A stretch of 64,000 nt of DNA from Eubacteriaceae bacterium UBA1433 (lineage in GTDB: Bacteria; Bacillota; Clostridia; Eubacteriales; UBA1433): contig DCTT01000018.1 of the NCBI GenBank assembly GCA_002329295.1, forward strand, positions 8,866-72,865. Reading direction: 5' to 3'. The translations under genes were made by a program, and so were the position numbers. Within the stretch, counting starts at the first letter, position 1, and every line of letters starts with the position of its first letter. The notes under the pieces were generated by a model. That model made no database searches. It was not told where the DNA came from and was given only the letters and a program-made list of their open reading frames with translations. Shown here in pieces: positions 39,666 to 48,584 of the stretch.

Positions 39666-40973
39666 ATGAGTTTTAAACAAGAGTATGAAAGCAAAAAAAT
39701 GACATTTGAAGAAGCTGTCAAATTAGTGAAAGACGGCGACAGAATATTTATTAACGGCGGCGGGTCTCTTTCCGTGCCGCTTGCAGAAGCGCTGTATGAA
39801 CGAAAAGACGAATTGAATGAAGTGTATATTCTAAGCTCTTTGATGAGCAAAAATCTGAGAATATACGGCATGGATTGTGAAGGCAAGTTTCATATTACAT
39901 CGTCCTTTTTGGGCAGTACGGACAGAGCAGCGATGAAACAAGGCAGAACCATTGACAACATGAGTTATCAATTGCGAAACAATCTTTTTGTTTTGAGAGA
40001 TGTTTTTCAAACAAACGTGTGTTTTATTCTTGCACGACCTATGGATGATGAAGGTTATTTTAACTTAAGCCTTTCTCCCAGTGATTTTGATTCATTGGTG
40101 CATGTAGCCGATACGGTGATTGTGCATGTAAATGATCAATTGCCGCATATTTGTACGGATGAAAACAAAATACATATTTCGAAAGTGCATGCCGTTTGTG
40201 AACAGAGTGAACCGCCTGTAACATTGCCATCCGGTGAACCTTCTGACCTTGACAAGCAAGTGGCTTCGCATATTGTTGAGCGCATTCCCAATGGTGCATG
40301 CTTGCAAATCGGAATCGGCGGTATTGCCAATGCAGTGGGCTTTAGTTTGATTAACCATAAAGATTTGGGAATCTACACGGAAATGTATACAGAAAGCATG
40401 TATTATCTGCAGAAAAATGGCGCCGTGAATAACAGCAAAAAACCTATCCACACAGGGGTATCGGTTTTAGGCTTTGCGTTAGGCAGCCAGGATATGTATG
40501 ATTTTATTCATGAAAATCCGAAAGTGTTTTCCAGGCCGTTAGGATACACCAACGATCCCTATCTTGTTGCAAAGCATGATAACTTCGTTTCGGTAAACGC
40601 TTGTCTCAGTGTGGATATTACCGGACAAGTGGCATCGGAAGCATTAGGCAAAACACAATTTTCCGGAACCGGAGGACAAGTTGATTTTGTGCGTGGTGCG
40701 CAGATGTCTAAGGGCGGAAAGTCTTTTATCGCCACTCATTCGGTAAACGTAAAAAAAGACGGAACGAGAAATTCGAAAATTGTTATGAGCCATCCTGAAG
40801 GAGGCATTATCACCACAGGCAGAACCGATGTGCAATATATTGTTACAGAATACGGTGTTGCTGATTTGCAAAACAAGTCGAGAATGCAGAGGGCAAAAGC
40901 GCTTATTGCCATTGCACATCCCGACTACAGAGACGAGTTGACATTTCAAGCAAAAAAAGAAGGATATCTGTAA
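39666..40973 (+). CDS. Acetyl-CoA hydrolase/transferase family protein (4-hydroxybutyrate/butyryl-CoA:acetate CoA-transferase-like)
   Basis: 435 aa. SGTGGQVDFVRGA motif. Size and layout fit the family I CoA-transferase Cat2/AbfT group. Confidence 0.8.
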   Translation: MSFKQEYESKKMTFEEAVKLVKDGDRIFINGGGSLSVPLAEALYERKDELNEVYILSSLMSKNLRIYGMDCEGKFHITSSFLGSTDRAAMKQGRTIDNMSYQLRNNLFVLRDVFQTNVCFILARPMDDEGYFNLSLSPSDFDSLVHVADTVIVHVNDQLPHICTDENKIHISKVHAVCEQSEPPVTLPSGEPSDLDKQVASHIVERIPNGACLQIGIGGIANAVGFSLINHKDLGIYTEMYTESMYYLQKNGAVNNSKKPIHTGVSVLGFALGSQDMYDFIHENPKVFSRPLGYTNDPYLVAKHDNFVSVNACLSVDITGQVASEALGKTQFSGTGGQVDFVRGAQMSKGGKSFIATHSVNVKKDGTRNSKIVMSHPEGGIITTGRTDVQYIVTEYGVADLQNKSRMQRAKALIAIAHPDYRDELTFQAKKEGYL

Positions 40974-40988
40974 ACACAAAACAAAAAA

Positions 40989-41016
40989 GCATGCAACTCA
41001 GTTGCATGCTTTTTTT
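40989..41016 (+). terminator. Intrinsic terminator after the CoA-transferase gene
   Basis: gcatgcaac-tca-gttgcatgc stem-loop followed by TTTTTTT. Confidence 0.85.
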
Positions 41017-41102
41017 AATAACAATTTCCATACAAAAAAACTTGCGCTTTTCTTGTCAAATGTAGTATAATAAAAAAACGTTAATGAAAGGGGGGTGGCA
41101 TA

Positions 41103-41282
41103 ATGGATGCGACAACATTGATTTCTGCAAAAAAAGAATTGAGAAAGCTCCAGAAAACACTGGGTGCTGAGTTGGCGAAGGGAAAATACAAAGATACACG
41201 AAAAATTATAGAGCTGAAAAATGATATTCGGGCAAAAAAAATCAAAATCGGCGACATCACACGAGAAATGATTGCTCAATAA
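41103..41282 (+). CDS. Small Lys-rich helical protein, 59 aa (below the ORF-track cutoff)
   Basis: MDATTLISAKKELRKLQKTLGAELAKGKYKDTRKIIELKNDIRAKKIKIGDITREMIAQ. AGGGGGGTGG ribosome-binding site, TATAAT about 35 nt upstream, own terminator downstream. Confidence 0.6.
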   Translation: MDATTLISAKKELRKLQKTLGAELAKGKYKDTRKIIELKNDIRAKKIKIGDITREMIAQ

Positions 41283-41285
41283 AAC

Positions 41286-41311
41286 AAAAACAGGAGGTAT
41301 CCTGTTTTTTT
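41286..41311 (+). terminator. Intrinsic terminator after the 59-aa ORF
   Basis: acagga-ggta-tcctgt stem-loop followed by TTTTTT. Confidence 0.7.
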
Positions 41312-41333
41312 ATAGATTCAGAGGAATAACAGA

Positions 41334-41648
41334 ATGGAAAAAGTGTTCGGGATTTTATTGCTGGCCATATTCATTATAGCGGTAGGTACTTTTACATGTG
41401 TCTATTGTGTTTCAATAAACGGGAATATTGATAAAATGTTGAAACGAAAAGGATACAGCGGATATAAAGAATATCGTAAAATGATGACTGCCAAAGTATC
41501 AAGGCGCAAAAGAAATCAAATAAGGCAATTGGAACAACCTGTTTCGTTGCCGAAAAAAACAAATTACACACGAAAAATGGCAAAACGTCAACAGAAAAAA
41601 CAAGTAGATGCCTTTTATCAACATAACGTTGATCAATCCAAGAGGTAA
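41334..41648 (+). CDS. Hypothetical small membrane-anchored protein with a highly basic tail
   Basis: 104 aa. One N-terminal TM helix, then a K/R-rich segment. GAGGAA ribosome-binding site. Confidence 0.55.
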   Translation: MEKVFGILLLAIFIIAVGTFTCVYCVSINGNIDKMLKRKGYSGYKEYRKMMTAKVSRRKRNQIRQLEQPVSLPKKTNYTRKMAKRQQKKQVDAFYQHNVDQSKR

Positions 41649-41652
41649 AAAA

Positions 41653-41955
41653 ATGAAAATTTTTGAAATGATTAGAAACCTTCGGTATATCAAACAATTG
41701 TTCCGAGATAAACATGTACCGATGTGGCAAAAGATTCTTCTTGTTTTCGGGTTTATTTATATTTTATCGCCGATTGATTTGATTCCGGCGCCGGCGTTGG
41801 GTTTTGCTGTGATTGATGACATTGCCGTATTTTTATTTGCGGTGTATTCTCTGCGGGAAAACCTGGCAAGGTATAAAGAAAAAGATGAGAACGGTAACAT
41901 ACATGAAAATGCCGATTATAGCATCGTTGATGATAAAGATGAACTTCCCAAATAG
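41653..41955 (+). CDS. DUF1232 (YkvA) family membrane protein
   Basis: W.K......YILSPIDLIPAP..GFAVIDDIAV signature. ATG 41653 with an AAGAGG ribosome-binding site. Confidence 0.75.
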   Translation: MKIFEMIRNLRYIKQLFRDKHVPMWQKILLVFGFIYILSPIDLIPAPALGFAVIDDIAVFLFAVYSLRENLARYKEKDENGNIHENADYSIVDDKDELPK

Positions 41956-42053
41956 AGTTGTTTATGTTAAAATGAGTGAGATTTTATAAGAATGTTAATC
42001 TTTTTATAAAGGGAAAAATAAGTTTGGTTGCAGACGGGAGTAGACAGTTAAGT

Positions 42054-43142
42054 ATGCAAAAAAAAACGTATAATTATTCGGCGGGACCTGCCGTGTTGCC
42101 GGAAGAAGTTTTAAAGGAAATCCAAACAGAGATATTCGATTATCAGAATACGGGCATGTCTGTTATGGAGATCAGCCATCGTGGCAAGGTCTGTATTGCG
42201 CTTTTTGATGAAACGGAAGCATTGTTGCGAAAATTGATGGATGTTTCCGAACATTATTCGGTTTTGTTTATGCAGGGCGGTGCTCGACTGCAGTTTGCCG
42301 CCGTGCCCCTGAATTTGTTTACAAAAAACAAAAAAGCGGACTATATTCATACCGGGAGCTGGACAAAATATGCCATTGCAGAGGCCGATAAAATCGGAGA
42401 GGCTGTGGTGGTAGCCAGCGGAGAGAATGATCACTTTCGAAAAATTCCTGATTTGAGCAAACTCAAAGCGTCTGCGGATGCAGACTATTTATATCTTTGT
42501 ACCAATAATACTATCGAAGGAACAACGATTCGACCCGAGGCTATGCCCGTCAGTGTACTTCCGATAGTAGCGGACATGTCCTCTAATATTCTCAGTGAAG
42601 AATACGATATAGAGCAATTTGGACTGATATTTGCCGGAGCGCAAAAAAATATGGGTATCGCAGGTGTAACGATAGTGATTGTGCGCAATGATTTATTGGA
42701 GCGAAGCTCCAAAAATAATGCCGATATGATAAATTATCAGTTAATGCAATCAAAACAATCGATGTTGAATACGCCCCCTGTTTTCGCAGTATATGTATTG
42801 AACAAAGTATTGAAATGGGTGGAAAAAAAAGGCGGCGTGCGTCAAATGGCGGTACAGAACAAAGAAAAGGCGTCAATGCTTTATGATTTTATCGATAACA
42901 GCAATCTTTACAAAAACAGCATTGATGTCGATAGCCGTTCATTAATGAATGTAATCTTTAATCTGCCTACGGCAGAAGAAGATGCGCAATTTGCCAAGGA
43001 AGCGGAAAAAAACGGATTGATGTTTTTAAAAGGTCATCGGGATGTAGGCGGAATTCGAGCAAGTATTTACAATGCTGCGCCTCCTGAACAAGTGCAAGCG
43101 CTTATTGAATTTATGAAAAAATATGAGACAGGCAGGTACTAA
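42054..43142 (+). CDS. serC: 3-phosphoserine/phosphohydroxythreonine aminotransferase
   Basis: MQKKTYNYSAGPAVLPEEVL N-terminus and GAQKNMG PLP-lysine region. The track start 41976 was rejected. Confidence 0.9.
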   Translation: MQKKTYNYSAGPAVLPEEVLKEIQTEIFDYQNTGMSVMEISHRGKVCIALFDETEALLRKLMDVSEHYSVLFMQGGARLQFAAVPLNLFTKNKKADYIHTGSWTKYAIAEADKIGEAVVVASGENDHFRKIPDLSKLKASADADYLYLCTNNTIEGTTIRPEAMPVSVLPIVADMSSNILSEEYDIEQFGLIFAGAQKNMGIAGVTIVIVRNDLLERSSKNNADMINYQLMQSKQSMLNTPPVFAVYVLNKVLKWVEKKGGVRQMAVQNKEKASMLYDFIDNSNLYKNSIDVDSRSLMNVIFNLPTAEEDAQFAKEAEKNGLMFLKGHRDVGGIRASIYNAAPPEQVQALIEFMKKYETGRY

Positions 43143-43145
43143 TTT

Positions 43146-44324
43146 ATGTATAGAGTGGCATACTTTAATCATATTACTCCACAGGCATTGTCATTGATTG
43201 ATAAAGAACTTTATGAAATAGTGGAAAATGATGCAGAATATGATGCGCTATTGCTGCGCAGCAAGGAAATCAGTATCGCTGATGTTTCTAAAGATGTTCT
43301 TTATATCGGCAGGGCAGGTGTAGGCGTGAATAACATTGATGTTCCCGCTTTTACTGAAAAGGGTGTGGTAGTAGCCAATGCACCGGGCGCCAATGCCAAT
43401 GCAGTGAAAGAGTTGGTGATTTTGGGCATGTTGTTGGCATCTCGAGATGTTATTGGCGGTATGCGATGGCTTTACGGACAGCGAAATGCCAGTTGCGATA
43501 TTGAGCGTGCCGTTGAAGATAACAAAAATCGATTTATCGGACCGGAAATTGCCGGAAAGACCCTTGGTGTGGTAGGGTTGGGCGCCATAGGCGTTTTAGT
43601 GGCCAATGCCATGATTGCACTGGATGTTAATGTATACGGGTATGATCCGTTTATTTCGGTCAAATCTGCTTGGGGACTTTCGCCGAAAGTGCGGCGTGCT
43701 GTGTCGTTGGAAGAATTGTTTACCGAGTGTGACTATGTAACGTTGCATTTGCCGTTAATGGAAAAAACAAAACATTACGTAAATGCAAAGCAATTTAAAA
43801 AAGCAAAAAAAGGATTGCGTCTTTTGAATTTTGCCCGTGGCGGGCTGGTAAATAACGAAGATTTGATTGAATATCTGGAAAACGGAACTATTGCTCGCTA
43901 TGTTACGGATTTTCCCAGCAGAGAAATCATGAAACAGCCTAAAGTACTCAGTATTCCGCATTTAGGCGCATGCACGCCTGAAAGCGAGATTAATTGTGCT
44001 AAAATGGTTGTGCAACAAATGAAAGAATATTTGGAAAGCGGCAATATTATTAATTCGGTGAACTTTCCTGAGACGTTTATCGGGCCGTTGAAATCTAAAA
44101 ATCGTATTATGATTCACAACAAAAATATTCCAAACATGATCGGACAAATTACACAGATATTGTCCGCTGAAGGCATTAATATTACCAATATGGTCAACAA
44201 TTCAAAGGGAGAGTGGGCTTATACGGTTATTGATGTAGAAAGCGATGTTCACAAGCCGCTTATCGAAAAATTAGAAAATATCGTTGGTATTGTGCGTGTG
44301 CGCATATTGACGCATGAGGAATAA
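43146..44324 (+). CDS. serA: D-3-phosphoglycerate dehydrogenase (with C-terminal ACT domain)
   Basis: 392 aa. GVVGLGAIG NAD fold, FARGG, an ACT-like C-terminus, and serC adjacency. Confidence 0.85.
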   Translation: MYRVAYFNHITPQALSLIDKELYEIVENDAEYDALLLRSKEISIADVSKDVLYIGRAGVGVNNIDVPAFTEKGVVVANAPGANANAVKELVILGMLLASRDVIGGMRWLYGQRNASCDIERAVEDNKNRFIGPEIAGKTLGVVGLGAIGVLVANAMIALDVNVYGYDPFISVKSAWGLSPKVRRAVSLEELFTECDYVTLHLPLMEKTKHYVNAKQFKKAKKGLRLLNFARGGLVNNEDLIEYLENGTIARYVTDFPSREIMKQPKVLSIPHLGACTPESEINCAKMVVQQMKEYLESGNIINSVNFPETFIGPLKSKNRIMIHNKNIPNMIGQITQILSAEGINITNMVNNSKGEWAYTVIDVESDVHKPLIEKLENIVGIVRVRILTHEE

Positions 44325-44437
44325 GAGAAAACAAGATATTTTTTAAAAATAAATTGACAGATAAAAAATATAGTTAGATAATGATAGATAATAGTCAAAA
44401 ACACAGATGTAATTAAAGATAAAGGAGCTGAAACATT

Positions 44438-46078
44438 ATGATTCAATGGCCAAAAACAAACGATGCGTTGGGGACTGTCAACAGAGGAAATCCTGCGGAG
44501 TCAGGGCTTTGCACGTTGTGCAGATCAGACTGTCAGGGCAAATGTGAAACATGGACTGCCTGTTTAAAAGGGAGAAAGCTGTTGTACCCCAGAGACTTTG
44601 GGCGGATTACGTCAGGAAGCGCAAATACAACGCATGTGGGCGTCAATTATAACAATTTACGAATTCAAGGGTATAACTATGGTTCAAACGCAGCAGCTCA
44701 CGGACTGAGCAATTCTGCGGATGATTGTATTTTTCCCAATGTCAGTTTAGAAAGTGAATTCGGTTATCAATTGAAAACAAAGGTGAAATTGCCGATTATG
44801 ACCGGTGCATTAGGCTCCACCTTTATTGCGGCAAAATATTGGGAATCTTTTGCGACAGGCGCTGCTTTGGTAGGCTTTCCGATCGTTATCGGTGAAAACG
44901 TTGTGGGGATTGATAAACAAGCTGTATTGGAAAACGGAAAAGTTGTCAAAGCACCCGAATTGGATCGCAGAATCAATACTTATATGAAATACTTCAGCGG
45001 ATATGGCGCTATTATTGTGCAAATCAATGTGGAAGATGCACGCAACGGTGTTGCCGAATATGTTATTGATAAATATGGTGACGACATTATTGTGGAAATC
45101 AAATGGGGTCAAGGTGCAAAAAATATCGGAGGCGAAATTCAAGTTTCAGATATTGAATATGCCACTTTCTTAAAAAACAGAGGCTATGTGGTGGATCCGG
45201 ATCCTACCAAACCCGAGGTAATTGAAGGGTATAAACACGGTGCAATCAAATCTTTTGCTCGTCACAGCCGATTGGGCTTTACAGAGGCTACCAATGCAGA
45301 AGAAGCGGAAGCAGCGTTCATGAAACAAGTGGAATATCTCAGAGGTCTCGGCTATAAACGCATTACGCTGAAAACAGGAGCATTCGGCACGGAGGCATTG
45401 GCTATGGCCATGAAATTTGCGTCTAAAGCTAACTTGGATTTGCTCACGATTGATGGCGCGGGTGGCGGTACAGGTATGAGTCCCTGGAACATGATGGAAA
45501 CATGGGGCGTTCCTTCTATTCTTTTGCACTCCAAAGCTTATGAATATGCAAATATTCTCAAATCTACGGGTCAAAGAGTGGTGGATCTGGCTTTCGGCGG
45601 CGGACTGGCTCGCGAAGATCATATTATTAAAGCGTTGTCGTTGGGCGGTGAATTCACCAAATTGGTATGCCTTGGCAGATCAATCATGATTCCCGGATTT
45701 TTGGGCAGCAATATTGAAGGTGTTTTGAAACCTGAACGTAAAGCAGAAGTGAACGGAAACTGGAGTGAACTTCCTAAGTCCGTAGTCGAACATGGAACAA
45801 AAGCAGAGGATATTTTTGCCGGATACTATGACTTACAGGCAGTAGTTGGCCCCGAAGCAATGAAAACCATGCCTTACGGCGCGATTGCCATTTGGACCAT
45901 GGCAGATAAATTGGCGGCCGGGCTCCAACAATTTTTGGCCGGCTTGCGCAAATTTTCGGTTACAGAGTTGGATCGGGGGGATATTTATTCGGCGAACAGA
46001 GAGACCGAAAAAGAAACGGGCATTCCTTTTATCACGGATGCAGGTGACGAAAAAGCGAAAGCCATCTTAAAAGGCTAA
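44438..46078 (+). CDS. FMN-binding glutamate synthase family protein (GltS domain-2-like) with an N-terminal Cys cluster
   Basis: 546 aa. KWGQGAKNIGGE and IDGAGGGTGMSP match the GltB FMN-domain motifs K.GQGAKPG.GG and DG..GGTGA.P. N-terminal C-x2-C-x3-C-x3-C-x5-C. Confidence 0.75.
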   Translation: MIQWPKTNDALGTVNRGNPAESGLCTLCRSDCQGKCETWTACLKGRKLLYPRDFGRITSGSANTTHVGVNYNNLRIQGYNYGSNAAAHGLSNSADDCIFPNVSLESEFGYQLKTKVKLPIMTGALGSTFIAAKYWESFATGAALVGFPIVIGENVVGIDKQAVLENGKVVKAPELDRRINTYMKYFSGYGAIIVQINVEDARNGVAEYVIDKYGDDIIVEIKWGQGAKNIGGEIQVSDIEYATFLKNRGYVVDPDPTKPEVIEGYKHGAIKSFARHSRLGFTEATNAEEAEAAFMKQVEYLRGLGYKRITLKTGAFGTEALAMAMKFASKANLDLLTIDGAGGGTGMSPWNMMETWGVPSILLHSKAYEYANILKSTGQRVVDLAFGGGLAREDHIIKALSLGGEFTKLVCLGRSIMIPGFLGSNIEGVLKPERKAEVNGNWSELPKSVVEHGTKAEDIFAGYYDLQAVVGPEAMKTMPYGAIAIWTMADKLAAGLQQFLAGLRKFSVTELDRGDIYSANRETEKETGIPFITDAGDEKAKAILKG

Positions 46079-46094
46079 TGCATAAAAAAATAAA

Positions 46095-46124
46095 AGAAAA
46101 GAGCTGACGACTGTCAGCTCTTTT
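46095..46124. terminator. Bidirectional intrinsic terminator
   Basis: gagctgac-gact-gtcagctc flanked by an A-run and a T-run, between convergent genes. Confidence 0.8.
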
Positions 46125-46146
46125 GGTTGTTTGTTTCACGTAATCG

Positions 46147-47037
46147 TTAGTCTACCATGATGTTTTCGAAGGTTTCCAGATCTTGGATTTCACATCGAAC
46201 AACGTCACCGGCTTTTAAGAATTTGGGTGGGTTAAAAGCAGCGCCTACCCCTGCAGGCGTACCTGTCATAAGCATATCGCCGGGATATAAGGTAACGCCT
46301 TGCGTCAAATCGTTGAGTGCGGTTGGGATATCAAAAATAAAGTGTTTGGTGTTTGAAGATTGTCTTTCTTCATCGTTTACGAAGCAACGAATGTCCAGTT
46401 CAATGGGCAACGGGAACATGCTTTTATGAGCGATCCAATGACCCATCGCAAAGTGACCGTCATAACTCTTGCCGTAAAACCACTGACCACGCCCAAGTTG
46501 GGTGTTGCGTATAGAAAAGTCGTTTCCGACAGCATAGCCGAATATATAATCTTCTGCGTTTTCTTTTGTTACATTGGTAGCTTCTTTGCCCAGTACGACA
46601 ATGAGCTCTACTTCGTAGTCGGCAGTGCGGTCTTGTGCGGCATAAACACTGACTTCATCTCCGGGGCCCGAAGAAAAAAAGGCTGCCTTAGAAAAATAAA
46701 TCGGCTCAGCGGGCAAAGCTTCGTTTGCATCCATCTCAGCAACATGGTCTTTGTAGTTTTTGCCAAGGCAAACAACGTTTCTTAAGGGATAGGGAATGGC
46801 GGGAAGCAATGTAGCAGAAGACAAATCTTCTATATCACCTTCTTCGTCGGACTCAATAATGTCGCGAATTTTTTCAATGATGTCATCATCGTGCTCATCA
46901 ATAAATTGCAGCAGATCGAAATATGGTTCAAAATCGAGCTGTTCTGCCAGTGCATCCATTGTAAAAAATTTGTCTCTGGCTTTGTTGGCAACGATAATTT
47001 TCGGCTCATCGTTTAGTAATGCAGTTGTAAAAAACAT
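46147..47037 (-). CDS. Fumarylacetoacetate hydrolase (FAH) family protein
   Basis: 296 aa. C-terminal FAH fold (GDMLMTGTPAGVG, NYKDH). AGGAGGTGA ribosome-binding site. Confidence 0.82.
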   Translation of the reverse strand: MFFTTALLNDEPKIIVANKARDKFFTMDALAEQLDFEPYFDLLQFIDEHDDDIIEKIRDIIESDEEGDIEDLSSATLLPAIPYPLRNVVCLGKNYKDHVAEMDANEALPAEPIYFSKAAFFSSGPGDEVSVYAAQDRTADYEVELIVVLGKEATNVTKENAEDYIFGYAVGNDFSIRNTQLGRGQWFYGKSYDGHFAMGHWIAHKSMFPLPIELDIRCFVNDEERQSSNTKHFIFDIPTALNDLTQGVTLYPGDMLMTGTPAGVGAAFNPPKFLKAGDVVRCEIQDLETFENIMVD

Positions 47038-47130
47038 GCTGTAGTCACCTCCTAAAAATATTTATAAATATTATATCATTTAAATTGACATTCGCATAGT
47101 TTTAATATATTATTTATAAAAATAATGCTT

Positions 47131-47210
47131 TTGTTTAGAGGGGATTCTAAAGCGAGAAGGCGTTATAAACAAATAATGATTGTTTGATGCCTTTACAGGC
47201 ATGTTTTTTT
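47131..47210 (+). promoter_or_regulatory. pyr operon leader: structured element plus intrinsic terminator (candidate attenuator)
   Basis: Stem ttgttta (47131-37) / taaacaa (47166-72) encloses the purine-rich agaggggattctaaagcgagaagg. The terminator atgcct-ttac-aggcat followed by gTTTTTTT (47187-47210) lies 30 nt before pyrB. Confidence 0.55.
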
Positions 47211-47239
47211 ATGCAAATCACAAGATAAGGGAGGAAAAA

Positions 47240-48154
47240 ATGCTAAAAGGAAGACACTTAATAGAACCAAGCGAATTTAGCATCGACGAATTAGAAGAAA
47301 TTTTCGGACTTGCTGACAGCATTATTCAAAAACCGGAAGATTATTCCGAAATTTGCAAAAATAAGCTGCTGGCAAGTCTTTTTTATGAGCCATCCACTCG
47401 TACGAAGTTTTCTTTTGACGCTGCGATGCTCAGACTTGGCGGTGAAGTGATCGGTTTTTCTGATCCCAATACAAGTTCGGTTGCAAAAGGAGAAACGCTG
47501 AAAGATACCATTATCACAATTTCCAACTATGTGGACATTGTTGTGGTGCGCCATCCCCAGGAAGGAACGGCAAAACTGATGGCAAAGTATGCATTGGTAC
47601 CTGTCATTAACGCAGGGGACGGCGGACATCAACATCCCACACAGACTCTGACAGACCTGCTCACGATACGACATTACAAAAAAAGCCTGAACAATCATTG
47701 CATTGCCGTGTGCGGTGATTTAAAATTCGGTCGTACAATCCATTCTCTTGTTAAGGCAATGCATCGATATCAGGATGTAAAATTTATTTTCATCTCGCCG
47801 GAAGAATTAAAAATTCCTCGTTACATTAAAGACCTTTTGGAACCGGGGTCTTATTTTGAAACCACCAATCTGGATAAGGTCATTGGAAAAGCGGATATTT
47901 TATATATGTCAAGAGTGCAGCGAGAGCGATTTGTCAGTGAATATGAATATTTACGTTTAAAAGATTATTTTATTTTAACGCCGGAGAAGATGTTGCGGGC
48001 AAAAGATGATATGATTGTTATGCATCCTCTTCCGCGGGTAAATGAAATTGCCGAAGAAGTGGATAGCGATAAGCGGGCGGTATATTTTCATCAGGCAAAA
48101 TTTGGTATGTATGTGAGAATGGCGTTGATTGTAAAATTGCTTGGATTGGAGTGA
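47240..48154 (+). CDS. pyrB: Aspartate carbamoyltransferase catalytic subunit
   Basis: [16 protein letters not shown] motifs. ATG 47240 follows GGGAGGA. The track start 47180 lies inside the leader terminator. Confidence 0.94.
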   Translation: MLKGRHLIEPSEFSIDELEEIFGLADSIIQKPEDYSEICKNKLLASLFYEPSTRTKFSFDAAMLRLGGEVIGFSDPNTSSVAKGETLKDTIITISNYVDIVVVRHPQEGTAKLMAKYALVPVINAGDGGHQHPTQTLTDLLTIRHYKKSLNNHCIAVCGDLKFGRTIHSLVKAMHRYQDVKFIFISPEELKIPRYIKDLLEPGSYFETTNLDKVIGKADILYMSRVQRERFVSEYEYLRLKDYFILTPEKMLRAKDDMIVMHPLPRVNEIAEEVDSDKRAVYFHQAKFGMYVRMALIVKLLGLE

Positions 48155-48161
48155 AAATACG

Positions 48162-48584
48162 ATGATTAATGTATCCAAACTGAAAAAAGGAATCGTAATA
48201 GACCATATCGAAGCAGGGCACGGGTACAAAATTTTCAGTCAATTGGGATTGGATGCGCTGGAAGATGTGGTAGTACTTATGCGCAATGTGCCGAGTCGAA
48301 AAATGGGGAAAAAAGATTTAATCAAAATTGAAACTGATATTCATTTAGATTTAACGGTATTAGGGCTCATTGACCCGAATGTTACGATTAATTTTGTAAA
48401 AGACGGCGCGCTGATACGCAAAGAAAAATTGCAGCTTCCTGCAGTAGTAGAAGGCATTTTGGAATGTAAAAATCCACGGTGCATCAGCAAGTATCAAAAA
48501 ATTAATGACATTAAATTTTATTTGATAGATGAAAAAACAAAAGAGTACAGGTGTGAATATTGTGATACGGCAACATCTTTTTAA
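48162..48584 (+). CDS. pyrI: Aspartate carbamoyltransferase regulatory subunit
   Basis: VSKLKKGIVIDHI N-terminus and C-terminal Zn site CKNPRC..C.YC. Confidence 0.9.
   Translation: MINVSKLKKGIVIDHIEAGHGYKIFSQLGLDALEDVVVLMRNVPSRKMGKKDLIKIETDIHLDLTVLGLIDPNVTINFVKDGALIRKEKLQLPAVVEGILECKNPRCISKYQKINDIKFYLIDEKTKEYRCEYCDTATSF

Noticed and set aside
40998-41279. 93-aa minus-strand ORF listed in the track.
   Set aside because: It has no ribosome-binding site and an odd composition, and it would start inside one terminator and run through another. The + strand 59-aa ORF with a ribosome-binding site and flanking terminators explains the locus better.
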